Assembly (NCBI GenBank): GCA_043228905.1
Contig: JBHGNT010000003.1
Location: 14,632,001-14,696,000 of the forward strand
Length of the DNA: 64,000 nucleotides
Direction of reading: 5' to 3'
Source of the DNA: Azolla caroliniana
Lineage: Eukaryota > Plantae > Polypodiophyta
Under the pieces are notes generated by a model that was given only the letters and a program-made list of their open reading frames with translations, did not search any database and had not been told where the DNA came from. Position numbers and translations under genes: made by a program. This document shows, piece by piece, positions 63,226 to 64,000 of the stretch (position 1 is the first letter of the stretch; each line of letters begins with the position of its first letter).

Positions 63226-64000
63226 TCTCACACACATACACACACATATCACATAATCTTTCGCTTATTAAATTAATCACATAATTAGGTATTAATTAAC
63301 CCATAGTTAATTTATTTTTTTCCATTTAGCGATACTACTTTAGTATTTTTTATCTTTGGCTTGCCCGAAGGCTACAACTCACACGAAGTCATGTTTTATT
63401 TGCAGCACATAGTCCATCAGGGGGTGTACCGAATGGTACGAGTGAGATACATGCACAGGATGACCTCTAGGAGATATGAGGAGACTCGCACCACGTTCCA
63501 TCATGCAACTTGTAGACAGGCTACATTTTTACCTTCTTTATCGTCGAAACCGTCATTGTTGTCACCGTCACCATCTTCGTCGTCGTCACTTACGGGCACA
63601 AACCGCCCTTCACTGTCACCATCTGTGTCGTTGCCACTATCTTCGTCGTCGTCACTTACGGGCACAAACCGCCCTTCATTGTCATTACTTACCTAATTCT
63701 TAACATGGTATCAGAGCGTGTGGTTTAGAAAATCCACTAAGCCCACCCGACTCCATGATTGTGGGTTCGAGACACCCACGACAAAATCCGGCTATCGGTT
63801 ATCGTAGTGCCGCTACGTAGCACGTGCACGTGATCGAAAGAAGAAAAGAAAAAGAAGAGAAGACACTACAATAAACATGAACACACAAATGGGTAGCTCG
63901 CCCCCTAGTGAAAAGCTAGACCGGAGCAATTATTCATCTTGGGAGTACAAGATGACCCAATACCTCGTTGGCCAAGGGTATTGGAGCTACATCAACGGCG
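62844..64000 (+). mobile_element. Ty1/Copia element 'I' (relative of D/E/H): 5' LTR 62844-63705, PBS, gag start; continues beyond the window
   Basis: Starts TGTTGAGAGATCAAGCTCAAC like the E LTR. TAACA-TGGTATCAGAGC at 63701-63717. gag from 63877 reads MNTQMGSSPPSEKLDRSNYSSWEYKM. Confidence 0.85.
63166..63222. repeat. (TC)n microsatellite, ~28 units
   Basis: Directly visible in the sequence. Confidence 0.97.

Noticed and set aside
63573-63678. 66-bp-period direct repeat and Ser-rich ORF in the LTR of element I
   Set aside because: An ordinary LTR-internal duplication with no evidence of coding.

Overview
Repeat-only, heterochromatin-like window from a land-plant genome. A bryophyte/moss is likely, inferred from the plant-type tRNA-Asp and the Copia/Gypsy families present. 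I found no host protein-coding gene. There are two components. (1) A ~17.7 kb tandem array (5081-22811) holds about 50 whole or partial tRNA-Asp(GUC) copies. The basic unit is 388 bp and contains a second, ancient 'ghost' tRNA-Asp followed by an oligo-T run. The array has a homogenised 776-bp dimeric higher-order block in which every tRNA has a broken T-stem, and a 210-bp deletion-derived sub-array. Only a few copies still fold fully. (2) Deeply nested, decayed LTR retrotransposons fill the rest. These include a Gypsy family with TGTCG..CGACA LTRs, a tRNA-Trp PBS, 4-bp CG-centred target duplications and a probable -1 frameshift signal after the protease; a fragmented minus-strand Gypsy with a ~1000-codon extra ORF that hosts most other insertions; four related Copia elements (Bryco/RLC5-like by resemblance); and one Tnt1/Tork-like Copia. 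All coordinates were read by eye. Lineage names are resemblances, not database results.
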